A stretch of DNA of 64,000 nucleotides from Podarcis pityusensis (Eukaryota). Shown here piece by piece: positions 1 to 10,900 of the stretch. Numbering within the stretch: position 1 is the first letter of the stretch; each line of letters opens with the position of its first letter. The DNA is taken from NCBI GenBank assembly GCA_964106645.2, contig OZ067051.1. One strand, 5' to 3'. A program made the position numbers and the translations under genes. The notes beneath the pieces were generated by a model. That model did no database searches. It was not told where the DNA came from and was given only the letters and a program-made list of their open reading frames with translations.

Positions 1-134
1 CAGGAGGTTGGACTTTCAAAAAGACAGAACTCTAGTTTCTCAGTATGGGGAGGGTTATCTGGCTGTGAGCCAGGCAAGAAAGCTCGCTTCCCCACCGCTA
101 TCTCTTCCGTCCAATGAAACAAGAACACTTCAAG
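1..134 (-). CDS. PATL2: Possible further PATL2 exon, cut by the window edge
   Basis: Acceptor-like catttcttctctag followed by an open frame LEVFLFHWTEEIAVGKRAFLPGSQPDNPP...; no recognised motif. Confidence 0.3.
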
Positions 135-409
135 CTAGAGAAGAAATGTGACGGGTTCGATTTGTATCGCCACTCTGCTGGCTCTTGAAGACACACCTAT
201 TCAGGCAGGTAAGCAGTGCCCTGAACTTGAACTTTTTTATCCAGCTGTTTTTACATGCATATTTTCGAATGGGCTTGTTTTTTGTTTATTTTAAATATGG
301 GTTTTTAATGCTTTAATGGATGTGTTTTATGTGTATTTTAATTACGTATGGATTTTATGATTAACTGCATGCTGCCATGTAAGTGGTATATAAATTGATA
401 GCAATACTA

Positions 410-616
410 CAATGGTACCTCGGGTTACAAACGCTTCGGGTTACAAACTCCGCTAACCCGGAAGTAGTACCTCGGGTTGCAAACTTTGCCCCTGGATGAA
501 AACGGAAATCGCACGCCAGCGGCCCCATTCGCGAAAGCACGCCCCAGGTTAAGAATGGTTTTGGGTTAAGAACGGACCTCCGGAATGAATTAAGTTCATA
601 ACCCGAGGTACCACTG
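410..616. mobile_element. Tc1/mariner (Tigger-like) MITE, copy 1 of 7
   Basis: TIR CAGTGGTACCTCGGGTTA-like; TA TSD. Confidence 0.88.
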
Positions 617-1065
617 TACTACTTCTTTGTGACACAGATTTATGCACCTGGGATGTAAGCTCATTCTATGTGGCAGTGAAAACAACACACCAGCCATTTT
701 CAAAATGGTGCCCTCTATAGCTGCTGGGCTGGGTTACTAAGTAAATTCCTACATAACAAAAGTCACAATGATAGAATCGGCTCCATATTGCTGTCCTCAA
801 GTTATCCAGCTTTCTCAAAGTACAAGACACCCAAAGGGCAATTTATATTTTACATAGATCATTAATCAGCAGCCCCAGCTGACACCTACTCTCAAAACAC
901 CTTAAACGTCACATGCTCACCCTATCCATATTAGGGACCCCAAGTCATACGATCCAACTCTTTTACCAAACCTTCTGCCCGTTTGGTTGCAAATACCAAA
1001 TGAACAGAAGAGACTGGCAAGACTGTAAGAGAAGTCTTGTGTGGCACACCTTAAGTCTATCTTAC

Positions 1066-1424
1066 CTCCAACGTACGTTGGCCACGCACAGCTCTCATAA
1101 CTGCTGGGTCTCCCAGGTTGTTTGGCTCTCCAGCTTCCTTGCTTTTATGATCCTTCTCCAATGCAGGTTCCTCATCTTGGTCAACCATTGCCACTTCCTC
1201 CTCCTCTTCCCCTTCCTCCTCTTCTTCTTCATCATGATCATCATAAGCATGTTGTGGCTCAGTGGGAAGGCTTTCATTCTCTGCCGCATCTTCTAGCATG
1301 GGTTCTGCCTCAGTAGCTTCAGATTTCTCTTCCCCAACAGTCACCATCACCTCCTCAAATCCACCCACATGAGCCTGCTCTGCATCTGTCTCCAGGACTT
1401 TCCCTCTAGTCTGCTCCAGGTAAG
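1066..1424 (-). CDS. PATL2: PATL2 coding exon 3
   Basis: Open acidic frame with LGDPAVMRAV; donor GAG|gtaaga; acceptor cacttctaaag fits phase 1 (the acceptor is less certain than the donor). Confidence 0.85.
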
Positions 1425-4400
1425 CTTTAGAAGTGAGGGGAACAGATCAGCAGCAGAAGGAGGGATCTTAGGAAGAGGGCAGCAACATTTTACCTGCCAC
1501 AGCGAATCAACTACAATGCAGGAAGCAGGCCCTTAGACCAGGGGTCAGCAAACTTTTTCAGCAGGAGGACTGTCCCTCAGACCTTGTGGGGGGGCAGACT
1601 ATATTTGAGGGGGGGGGAATGAACGAATTCCTTTGCCCCCCCCAAATAACCCAGAGATGCATTTTAAATAAAAGGGCACATTCTACTCAGGTAAAAACAC
1701 GCTGATTACCGGACCGTCTGCGGGCCGGATTTAGAAGGCGATTGGGTCGGATCCAGCCCCTGGGCCTTAGTTTGCCTACCCATGCCTTAGACAGCCAAAA
1801 AAATCACACACTGTAGAAGAGACACACCACTGCCATTGTCAATCTTGGTAGATTCTTTTGGAATTTTGTTTTGGTTGTGAACACACCAGACATTTAAAGA
1901 ATATTCCCTGCCCAAAGAATAGTAGGAACTGTAGTTTGCTAAAGATGCTAGGCAGGGGCGTCTTGCCCATAGAGGCAAGTGGCGTGGGGTGCCAGGGCGG
2001 TCCAAGTTCTGAAGGGCGCCAGGGAAGAGGCGGAGGCTGGACGCTACGCCTCCCGGCATCAGCTTGCTGATCTCGCCCGCCTCCGCCATGATGCGCCGAA
2101 GCAGCACCGCACCCAGAGCCTCCACCTGCCGTGGCCACCGTGGCACAGGCACCAGGGAAGAGGCAGAGGCTGGGCGAAGGAAATGGGGGGGGGGGCACCA
2201 GAGGGATCTTTGCACCACGGAGCCGGATATACTTAAGACGGCCCTGGTGCTAGGAATGGTAGTTCTGTGAGCGATGAACTAGTTTTCAGGATTTGGGGTT
2301 GCACTAAATGCGTGGGGTGTATGTAACTTTTTATTCAAGTGAAATGCCGCTTTTTTGAATTGCATTGAGGGGACTTTGAGTTTTAAAAACTGAAAATATG
2401 GCTTTGCTTTTGTTGGAATATACTATTATTTCCAGAACAGTTTAAATATTTTCTTACCTGTTGAAGTGAACGTCAAGTTAACGTAAAGATCAATTTCTTC
2501 CTCTTCAGCTGTCTTGTCACCCAAAGGTTCTTCTTCCGTCATAAAGTAATCCTCCAGGATCTGGTTGGAGATAGAGAAACCATAAGGGACTCATCCTGCT
2601 GTCAACTCCCTTGTGGGAGAAATCGATGGACAGTATCAAAACCTCTTCCAAAACTAAGTACACAAACCAAAGCCAACTTGTTCCTGCAATCATGGTAAAC
2701 TATGAACCATGAATGCAAGAATGGCTCCAGCATCATCCTCTCCTATCAGAACCAACAAACCGCAATCCCTGGCTTAGTGTTAGAACAGAATCAGGGTTCG
2801 TTTCACTTCAAACAAACTGTGATTGGTAAGCCAAGAAGAAACGCTGGCTTCACACCACACTTTGGAACTAAAACATTTTCCTGTTCAGACACAACACAAC
2901 ATTAAGCTAGAGATTTTTTCTTGCCTCTGTTCACACTAGGGTGGGAAAGGAGCCATCTATGCATTCATGGTAAATCATTATCTATGGTTTACTGTGATGT
3001 GAACACAGCAAGTACCGGTACATTGGGTTTCTAACCCACCCATATTTAGACTCAGATGTTTGGCCTCCCCTTGGCAACAGGTCACCTGTTAAGTATCCCT
3101 CACTGACTTGAGGCTTGAGACTTATTAATCTCAAGGAGGAGGATGTGCCCTGCTCCAAGGTTTTGGGGAAACAGAAGCTCCACAATTACTGTATTGGTCA
3201 AATGCCCAGGGAAATCTGGACGTATGGTAGCCCATGCCAGCAGTTACGATTTCCCCTTAAAATAGCTACAAAACAACAATTTGCGACCTTGCCAAAAAAA
3301 GCTCAACTCCTCTTGGGACCCCCCCCCAGCTAAACAACTTTGCAAAAAACAAAATTTCTGTCTAGATTTTCACTGTTTTGAAATATGGCAATCCAAGTTC
3401 AGTGTGCACTAGTTCCTCTCAAACATCTAGTTATAATAACCAACATAACATTTTCTATGACCCCCCCCACCACCCAGCCAGAAATGCACTTCTCTCTTTA
3501 AACCATCTTGGTCACTTTTTATATTATAAACCACCTTGTGATCATTGGATGAAGAATGCTATAGAAATTTATTATTTAATTAAACATACACACCCCTTCC
3601 CATTTCCTACACAGCCCTGGGTCATTTCCAAAGGTGGCCAGTCCAAGAAAACCCTACCCTTGTTCCCTTTGACTGTTTATAGGCATGTTACCTGCCAAAG
3701 TTCTTTTGAATGTTTTAAAGGACCTGTTTTCACTGATAACTTGTGTTTCATTTTGTGTTTTTGTAAACTGCTCATGTTTTCTTACCATCAAGCAACATGC
3801 AAATCTTGTTAATTAAATAAGCCAAAGCTACAAGAATGTACAGCCACTATCAAGTACACCTGCGGAACTCTACCTGACTTGCTTCTGAGTAGACTTGCAT
3901 TGTTAAAAGCTAGCAGATTTGAATGTGGCAGGAAGGCTTTTACTACAGTAAGCCTGCAGGGATTTTAAGAAACACCCCCCCCCCCACAAAAAAAAGTGTT
4001 TCAGGCAGTGCTTTTTTCTGAAAAAAATGTTTAGGGGTACCCTCATTTTCCTACTCATATTGAAATACTGCCCCTCAATGATGCCAAACTTAGATCCACA
4101 AAACGTTTAGGGGTATGCCTCCCCCCAGAAAAAAGCACTGGTTTCAGGTAATAATCAGGCTGTGTGGTGTGGCTTTTTTCTGGCCCACATAGGACCAGTC
4201 TTGGCCTTGGTGAAGATTTGATGTTTTCATCCCCAAAAAGTTTTTGATTTGAGTTTCTACTGAATTGAGGCTGCATTTGAATGTTGTACTTTAATCTTGT
4301 TTTTAAGTTGTCTTTTAATCAATTGTTTTTATACCTGGTGTTAGCCTCCCTGAGCCTGCTCTTGGCTGGGGAAGGCGGGGTATAAATAAAATTTATTATT

Positions 4401-4946
4401 ATTAAATAAAAATAAAGAGCACCCGGGTGAGTCCTAGAGAGACGTGACTGCGCAGGTGCCTCCCCCATCCTCAAAACAGCTCGCTGCGATTTGCAGCTCC
4501 AGCCTTTACTCTTCCCGCAAACCCCACCTCCGTGTTCAAGCGAGGCTCATGCCGACGTGCGCGTGTACAACGCGTGTAAACCCCACTGGACTCATCCCGC
4601 CCGCCCCCCCAAAAAAACTCGTTAAAACAAGCGTGCTTAAACCGCCCGATGCTTTTCGCCTTCCGCTGCCCTGAAATAATAACAATATTAAGCATCCAGG
4701 CGAAACACGCGTGTCGCCCGGGCTTCCCGAGAGAGGGAGGGCGAAGGGAGGGCAGAGCCGCTGGTGGAACGTCTGAACGCGGCTCCAGCAGATACTCTCT
4801 CCCTCCGGCTCTCAAGGAGCTGCAAACACAGAAAGCAAGGAGGAGGTGGAGCTCCAGGCCGCCAACAGAGGCCGGAGATCCCTCCGGCGCCAATCGCTTA
4901 CCAGATCCTGCGCGGCCCCGGCCGCCGCTTCCCCTCCCTCCGCCAT
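1066..4946 (-). CDS. PATL2: PAT1 homolog 2 (mRNA decapping / translational repression factor), 5' part; coding exons 4946-4902, 2560-2458, 1424-1066; gene continues off the left edge
   Basis: The three exons splice in frame (phases 0, 1, 0): MAEGGEAAAGAAQDL / ILEDYFMTEEEPLGDKTAEEEEIDLYVNLTFTST / AYLEQ...acidic tract...NNLGDPAVMRAVRGQRTLE. An acidic run followed by LGDPAV is the Pat1-family/PATL2 N-terminal signature. The divergent position next to B2M matches human. Confidence 0.88.
1539..1784. mobile_element. hAT MITE (same family as 6361)
   Basis: CAGGGGTCAGCAAAC...GTTTGCCTACCCATG; TSD CCTTAGAC. Confidence 0.93.
1953..2246. mobile_element. GC-rich hAT-type non-autonomous element nested in an older MITE
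   Basis: CAGGGGCGTCTT / AAGACGGCCCTG ends; TSD (A/G)TGCTAGG. Confidence 0.8.
2458..2560 (-). CDS. PATL2: PATL2 coding exon 2
   Basis: Acceptor tttctctatctccaaccag, donor CAG|gtaaga; 103 nt; LEDY...EEEEIDLY...TF resembles the PATL1 N-terminus. Confidence 0.85.
4006..4140. mobile_element. hAT MITE with CAGTGCTTTTTT termini
   Basis: TIRs plus perfect TSD GTTTCAGG. Confidence 0.9.
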
Positions 4947-5250
4947 CGGGGACGCGCGTTTCCCTCGACGGCGTCTCCCATTCCTGCCTCTTTTTGAAGA
5001 GGCCTCGTTAAGGGAGGGGCAGCAGCTGCTGGGCTTCATTTAAAAATATACCGCTATTGCCGCTGTTTGCGAGGCTCGCCTCTCGCTTGGCACCATCGTT
5101 TATGTATCTTGAGGCTCCGGGCGAAATCTTCCCACTCTTGTCATTTATTGCATTTGTACCTTGGCGTCCGCAACATAAAAATGCAAAAACGAAAAGCCCA
5201 TGTACGGAATAAAAGGAGAGCCAAACCAACGCTTCGCTCAGCTGGTTGGA
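4420..5250. promoter_or_regulatory. CpG island, PATL2 promoter / first exon
   Basis: Dense CpG/GC stretch in otherwise CpG-depleted DNA, containing the PATL2 ATG. Confidence 0.8.
4902..4946 (-). CDS. PATL2: PATL2 first coding exon
   Basis: ccgATGG start inside a CpG island; 15 codons; donor CTG|gtaagc, phase 0. Confidence 0.7.
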
Positions 5251-5436
5251 GCTGATAAGATCTAGGTTGTAGGTTGGAGCCCCAAATTTCTTGCATTGCA
5301 GGGGGTTGGACTAGAATGATCCTCAGGGTGTCCCTTGCAACTCTACCATTCGATGATTCTGTAGGGCATCCTGTGCGAAAAGAAACGCCAAATGTCAAAC
5401 GCCATCAAATGTCACGGAAATAAGCAACTATCTGAC

Positions 5437-5590
5437 TTTTAGAAGACATCGGAAGGCAGTCTAGTTTAGGGAAGTTTTTAATGTTTGATGTTTTATCGTG
5501 TTTTTAGTCTTCTGTTGGGAGCCGCCCAGAGTGGCTGGGGAAACCCAGCCAGATGGGTGGGGTATAAATATTTATTTATTTATTATTAAT
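5437..5590 (+). mobile_element. L2 LINE extreme 3' fragment
   Basis: Reverse complement of the 16220 copy 3' end, with TTTA tail. Confidence 0.82.
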
Positions 5591-6336
5591 ATAGTAAGCT
5601 GTCCTCGGGGAAAGTTGCCCCAGTTTCTTGGAACATTTTGGCTGCCCTGCTTGGAAACTCTCTCAGGCTTTTGTGGTGCTGTGGGCAGAATTGCACCCTG
5701 TATTTAAAACGCAGTCACAACATAGATTCACCTAATGGCATTATATTGGCAGCTGTCTTTTCAATTCCTTATGATCCCTATGGAATTCTCATTTTTCACA
5801 CTTGCTGGGCACTGGCTCGACACCTTCACTGAACTATCCACTATGACATATTTTAGTATGCATATTTTAAAGCTGTTGGTTTTATCTGTATTTGGTAATT
5901 TTATTTTTACAATTTTTAATGTCTGGTTTCATTGCTATTTTAACAAATATCTCATGCTATTGTATGTAAACAGCTTTTTAATTTTTATTGTGGTATATAA
6001 ATCTCGCCACCTTCCATTTCGGCAACATCTGTATTCCCTGTTTTCGGCTGCATTGCATCCACCTTAGGTAACAGGACAAGAAGAGCCTGTGGATCAGGCC
6101 AATGAGCTCATCTAGTCCAGCATCCTGTTCTTACTGGTATTTAGAAGCAATACTGCCTCTAACCATCTTGTGGGAGTGAGTTCCACAGGTTAACAGTATG
6201 CTACATGAATAAGAAATTTCTGTTCTCTTTCCTGAATCTTCCAACATTCAGTTTCATTGGATGTTCACGAGTTCATCTACATCTATTTTATCCACGCCAT
6301 GAACACAGTAATTTTATAGACTTCTATCATGTCACC

Positions 6337-7043
6337 TTGCCGACAAAGGTCCGTATAGTTCAGGGGTCAGCAACCTTTTTCAGCCGTGGGCTGGTCCACC
6401 GTTCCTCAGACCTTGTGGGGGGCCGGACGATATTTTTTGGGGGGAAAGGAACGAATTCCTATGCCCCACAAATAAACCAGAGATGCATTTTAAATAAAAG
6501 CACACATTCTACTCATGTAAAAACACACTGATTCCTGGACCGTCCGTGCACCAGATTGAGAAGGTCCACAGGCCTTAGGTTGCCTACCCCTGGTATAGTT
6601 AAAGCTATGGTTTTCCCAGTAGTGATGTATGGAAGTGAGAGCTGGACTATAAAGAAGGCTGATCGCCGAAGAATTGATGCTTTTGAATTCTGGGGCTGGA
6701 GGAGACTCTTGAGAGTCCCACGGACTGCAAGAAGATCAAACGTATCCATTCTTAAGGAAATCAGCCCTGAGTGCTCACTGGAAGGACAGATCGTGAAGCT
6801 GAGGCTCCAATACTTTGGCCACCTCATGAGAAGAGAAGGCTCCCTGGAAAAGACCCTGATGCTGGGAAAGATGGAGGGCACAAGGAGAAGGGGACGACAG
6901 AGGACGAGATGGTTGGACAGTGTTCTCGAAGCTACCAGCATGAGTTTGACCAAACTGCGGGAGGCAGTGGAAGACAGGAGTGCCTGGCGTGCTCTGGTCC
7001 AGGGGGTCACGAAGAGTCGGACACGACTAACCAACAACAACAA
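6337..7043 (+). mobile_element. Bov-B (RTE) LINE 3' fragment interrupted by a MITE
   Basis: VKAMVFPVVMYGSESWTIKKADRRRIDAFE...YFGHLMRR...RRRGRQRTRWLD; (CAA)n tail; TSD ATCATGTCACC at 6326-6336 and 7044-7054. Confidence 0.95.
6361..6592. mobile_element. hAT MITE nested in Bov-B
   Basis: TIR CAGGGGTCAGCAACCT / AGGTTGCCTACCCCTG; 8-bp TSD GTATAGTT. Confidence 0.93.
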
Positions 7044-7059
7044 ATCATGTCACCCTTTA

Positions 7060-7285
7060 CAGTGGTACCTCGGGTTAAGTACTTAATTCGTTCTGCAGGT
7101 CCGTACTTAACCTGAAACTGTTCTTAACCTGAGATACCACTTTAGCTAATGGGGCCTCCTGCTGCTGCCGTGCCGCCAGAGCACGATTTCTGTTCTCATC
7201 CTGAAGCAAAGTTCTTAACCCGAGTTAATATTTCTGGGTTAGCAGAGTCCGTAACCTGAAGCGTATGTAACCTGAGGTACCACTG
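7060..7285. mobile_element. Tigger-like MITE, copy 2
   Basis: TA-CAGTGGTACCTC...GAGGTACCACTG-TA. Confidence 0.9.
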
Positions 7286-7371
7286 TAGTTGCTTTTTCTC
7301 TAAACTAAAAAGTCTCAAACGTTGCAACCTTTCCTCAAAGGGAGCCCCATCACAGCACCTCTGTGCTATCA

Positions 7372-7405
<34 letters not shown>
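7372..7405. repeat. (ATT)n microsatellite
   Basis: Direct reading. Confidence 0.95.
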
Positions 7406-7407
<2 letters not shown>

Positions 7408-7581
7408 ATGCCACAGGTTCTGAACAGGTATCAGGCTTTATCTGAACCTGTGGAACATTAATAATAATAATAATAATAATTAAAAAAAACATCTTGCACT
7501 CTGGCCCTGGTTCAATTGTTATCTCGTTGCCGCAGCGGCGCTTCTCCCATTTCTCGGAACTGGCCTGCCTTCCAAGCAACG

Positions 7582-7738
7582 GAAACCGAAAGTAAAATAC
7601 AGTATACAAAAAAAAAATAAATCATCGAGCGGCGGGAGTGCGCATGTGCTGGAAAGTCCCCGGGGCCTTTCAGCCGGCTTGCGCTGAGACATCTCCCCGG
7701 CTACTAGTGATGCGTGATCTGTGCGTAATTGTGATTGG
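7582..7738 (+). promoter_or_regulatory. B2M promoter: ISRE, NF-kB site, X/X2 box, Y box
   Basis: GAAACCGAAAGT 7582-7593; GGAAAGTCCC 7651-7660 (reverse complement of canonical GGGACTTTCC); GATGCGTGATCT 7709-7720; ATTGG 7734-7738; inside a CpG island of about 7500-8160. Confidence 0.88.
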
Positions 7739-7844
7739 CCAGCGAGGAGCGATTTCTGGGCGTGAAGTTCCCTCGGCCGAACTCCGCCGCCTCAGTCGCC
7801 GAGTTTCGAGACTCAGAAGCGGACGCAGCGAGTCACTTTTTGCC

Positions 7845-7914
7845 ATGGCGAAGGCTCTAGTGCTGTCGTGCTTGGCGCTCGTGCTCTTGGTCGGCATCCT
7901 GGAGGCAACTCCAA
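7845..7914 (+). CDS. B2M: B2M exon 1 (signal peptide)
   Basis: gccATGG Kozak; MAKALVLSCLALVLLVGILEATP; donor CAA|gtaagt. Confidence 0.96.
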
Positions 7915-10900
7915 GTAAGTAAGGCTGTGTTGCAGCCCGTCTAACCCTTTCCCTCTCCCGCTTCGGCTGTCTTCCAGGGGTAGACCTCGTGAACGGGTTA
8001 AGAGACGCGCGTTCTCACGAGTAGCTTGACACGGGTTACCTCTCCCTGTGCCCACTGGCCCAGAATTTAGCACCGTGAAACTCGGTGGGTTTTAGTTATA
8101 TACGCGGTGGGCGCGTATGTAGCATGGCACTGCTAAAGAATTAAAAGATCCATAGGGGCCGACGTGGAATATCTCAAGCAGGCTTTAGCCTAAGAAACAT
8201 TGTGCTATCCTGAATTATTTAAACCGCAGTTCTAAGTGTGTTTACTCCGAAATAAGGACGGCGACCTTGGCGAACAAACCTAATTATGCTTTCCCCCCTA
8301 AGTCCCACTGTGGTCTTACTCCTGTGTAGGATTTCCGCCTGAGCTTTTAAAGGTGCTACAGTGTTCCTTAGTGTTTGTGATCCTAAACATCATATTAAGC
8401 AATCGCTATGGAACACAACTGGGCTTTTCATAGAATCCAAGAGTTATGAGACCCTGAGGATCATCTAGTCTAACCCCCTGCAATGCAGGCATACGCAGCT
8501 CTCCCTTACGGGGATCGAACCTACAACCTTCATATGCCTGTATGCTTTTTTCCTAACCAACTGAGCTATGTTGTTTTACTTCTGAGTAAACACGTATAGG
8601 TTGTGTTGTTTTAGTTCATCCTGTTGGGTAATCGGGGTGATTAAAAGAGTTAAGAGTGCCTCCTTGATTATTTTTGGGGTTTTTGTGGGGGGCCTAATCC
8701 GTGTTTTGCTGAAGCTGATGGGGCAGAAGGAAGCAGCTGACCTGAGTGAGTCAGTAGAAAACAACAAAGGCTCATGATGGCTTCCCTGCATCTGAGAAGC
8801 TTTTTTCGTCTTCTTTTGTGCTTCTAACTTCTTAAAACATCGTTGGTTCCTTTGTTAGACTTCCGGCCCAAACCACAAGTGCAGGGCTCCCAACAGATGC
8901 TGTCTTAGTTCTAGAATGCAAAATGGGAGTTGACTCGAGAAGAGGGAGGGCGGAAGTATTGTCTGTTCAGTGGGATTTTTTGGAGCTCAAGGTGATTCCA
9001 ATGAGACAGTAACATCCTGATAAAAGGAACACTTTTTGTTATGTGGTGCCGTTCTTTGTAAGCTCAGCTTGAAGTGCTTCCTTCCTTTACTGTAGACTAG
9101 AGGTTTTTACAGCTGTTAAACTCAGAATAGAATTTCTAAAATGTGAATTTAGGCAGTTTACAGGTAAATTCACACCCACCCACCTCACAACCATTTTGTA
9201 GGGAAGGGATAGCTCATATTCACTATCTCCCTAGGAGAAAGAAAGGGGGTATGTAAGCTAGCTATCACCCGCCTCTCCCAAAAGCTGCTGCCCTCTGTGC
9301 CCAATCTTGCCCCCACATAGTGACAGCACCGACATGATACTCTCTTCCCCCAGCGATATTCCTCAGGAGAAGGAAGCCCACATGTGCTGACCCTTGTTTT
9401 GGGGGCCATTTCAATTCCCCCTACTGCTTTCCTGAAAATCTCCTTCCCGTTTTGGGTTTCCAGCGCATGTATGCGCAAAGGGTCAGCTTTAGAACTTTTT
9501 GGGGTCAAAAATGAGGTGCCAGTACTTGTATGTTGATAAAAGTGTCATGGGTGCCGTCACAAAATGGCTGCTGTGGGCGACAAAAGAAAGAGAGAGAGAG
9601 AGTTGGCCGTACTCTGCACCAGTGAGTACTGTCATAAAAAAGCCCTTGATAAGCTTGTGTTGAAAGCTGGAAATGCTGCCAGGGCAATAGTGGAAAACTT
9701 AAAAAGAGGCTCACAGGGCCAAGCTACACAAGTCTCAGGAAGTCTGCCTCAAGATCTCCCAGTGCTTTCATTTTTACTTAAAAGCAGCCAGTGCAGGACT
9801 GCTTTAGATTGAGGCTCTGGCCTGACATAGTTTTCCCATCGCAGCACCCCTCTGAAGCCTCTGCCACAGAAGAACACACCTTGGTGTTTATTTCCACTGT
9901 AGAGCTAATAGCAGTTTAAGGAGAAGACACTTGGGCCAGAAAACACCCCCTTAATCACTGCTGCTTTTATGAAACTTGAGCACACCCGCAGCTGCTTTTA
10001 TGTCAAAATAATGGTGGGTTGTATCTAACAGCACTAAGTAACTTGTTCTGGTAGAGCAAAGATTAAGGGTACATCTGCACCTCAGTTTGCACCACCGCTT
10101 TCCCCCAGGGAAACCTGACCTTTAGTATCAAATTGGAACAAATGGCAGTTGAGTTTTCTGCAGATCACGGTTTGTTTGGATTTAGCACTAAAGAGTGGAA
10201 GTGGGAAGGCAGCGAGGCAAAGGAAAAACTGCTCGGATCTGTGCTTTATAGGCATGGGACAAGTGGAAGTGTGCCAAAGCGCTTATGCTTGTGGATCTGA
10301 ACTAAATCTGTTATGTGGGTTGCTTCAAGCCTCTGCAGTGGATTTGGGAAGGGTGTGCCATAGTGTGGGAATGGAGGGGAAGTTGTGCAAGTGTAAATCC
10401 CTGCACTAATGGACCAAGTTCCTTGGATACTGTTTCCTGGTGCACTTTTGCCTCAGAGTAGACGGACAATTAGAAATCTTGTCCCTGAAATTGTCCTTCT
10501 ACTCAGCAGTTGAAGCCGTTGTCTGAAAATGAAGGGTGGGTGATCCATTGCACTTTGTGGCCCAGGGTTGAGGACGGGATGTGTCTTAATCCTTGCCCCA
10601 AGCTGCTTTGCCTTTTGAGTTTCCAGATGTGTAAAACATTCATCTGGAACACTGGGGGGGGGGGGCAGGGAATGAAAGGCAGTGGCAAGGAGGTGGCCAG
10701 CAGGGAAGGAGTTAAACACACACTAGAATGTTCCTTTAATTTCAAATACATAAACAGTGGAGACCTACATTTATATCTGCTACGTCTTCTGCGGTGGAAC
10801 TCAAGGTGGTTATTAACATATAATTTATCCATTGCCCCTTGCTGGCTCATTTCCAGGGACTTTCTGACTAGTCATTGGCCTTTGACCAGTTCTGTTTTCA

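Noticed and set aside
913-1316. Hydrophobic or Pro-rich plus-strand ORFs
   Set aside because: Antisense of the Glu-rich PATL2 exon
1787-2270. GC-rich patch with ORFs, resembling a promoter or exon
   Set aside because: Bounded by TIRs and an 8-bp TSD, so it is a transposon
4444-5043. Several overlapping ORFs
   Set aside because: CpG-island artefact; only the 15-codon PATL2 exon has start and donor support
6513-7043. 176-aa minus-strand ORF
   Set aside because: Antisense frame of the Bov-B fragment
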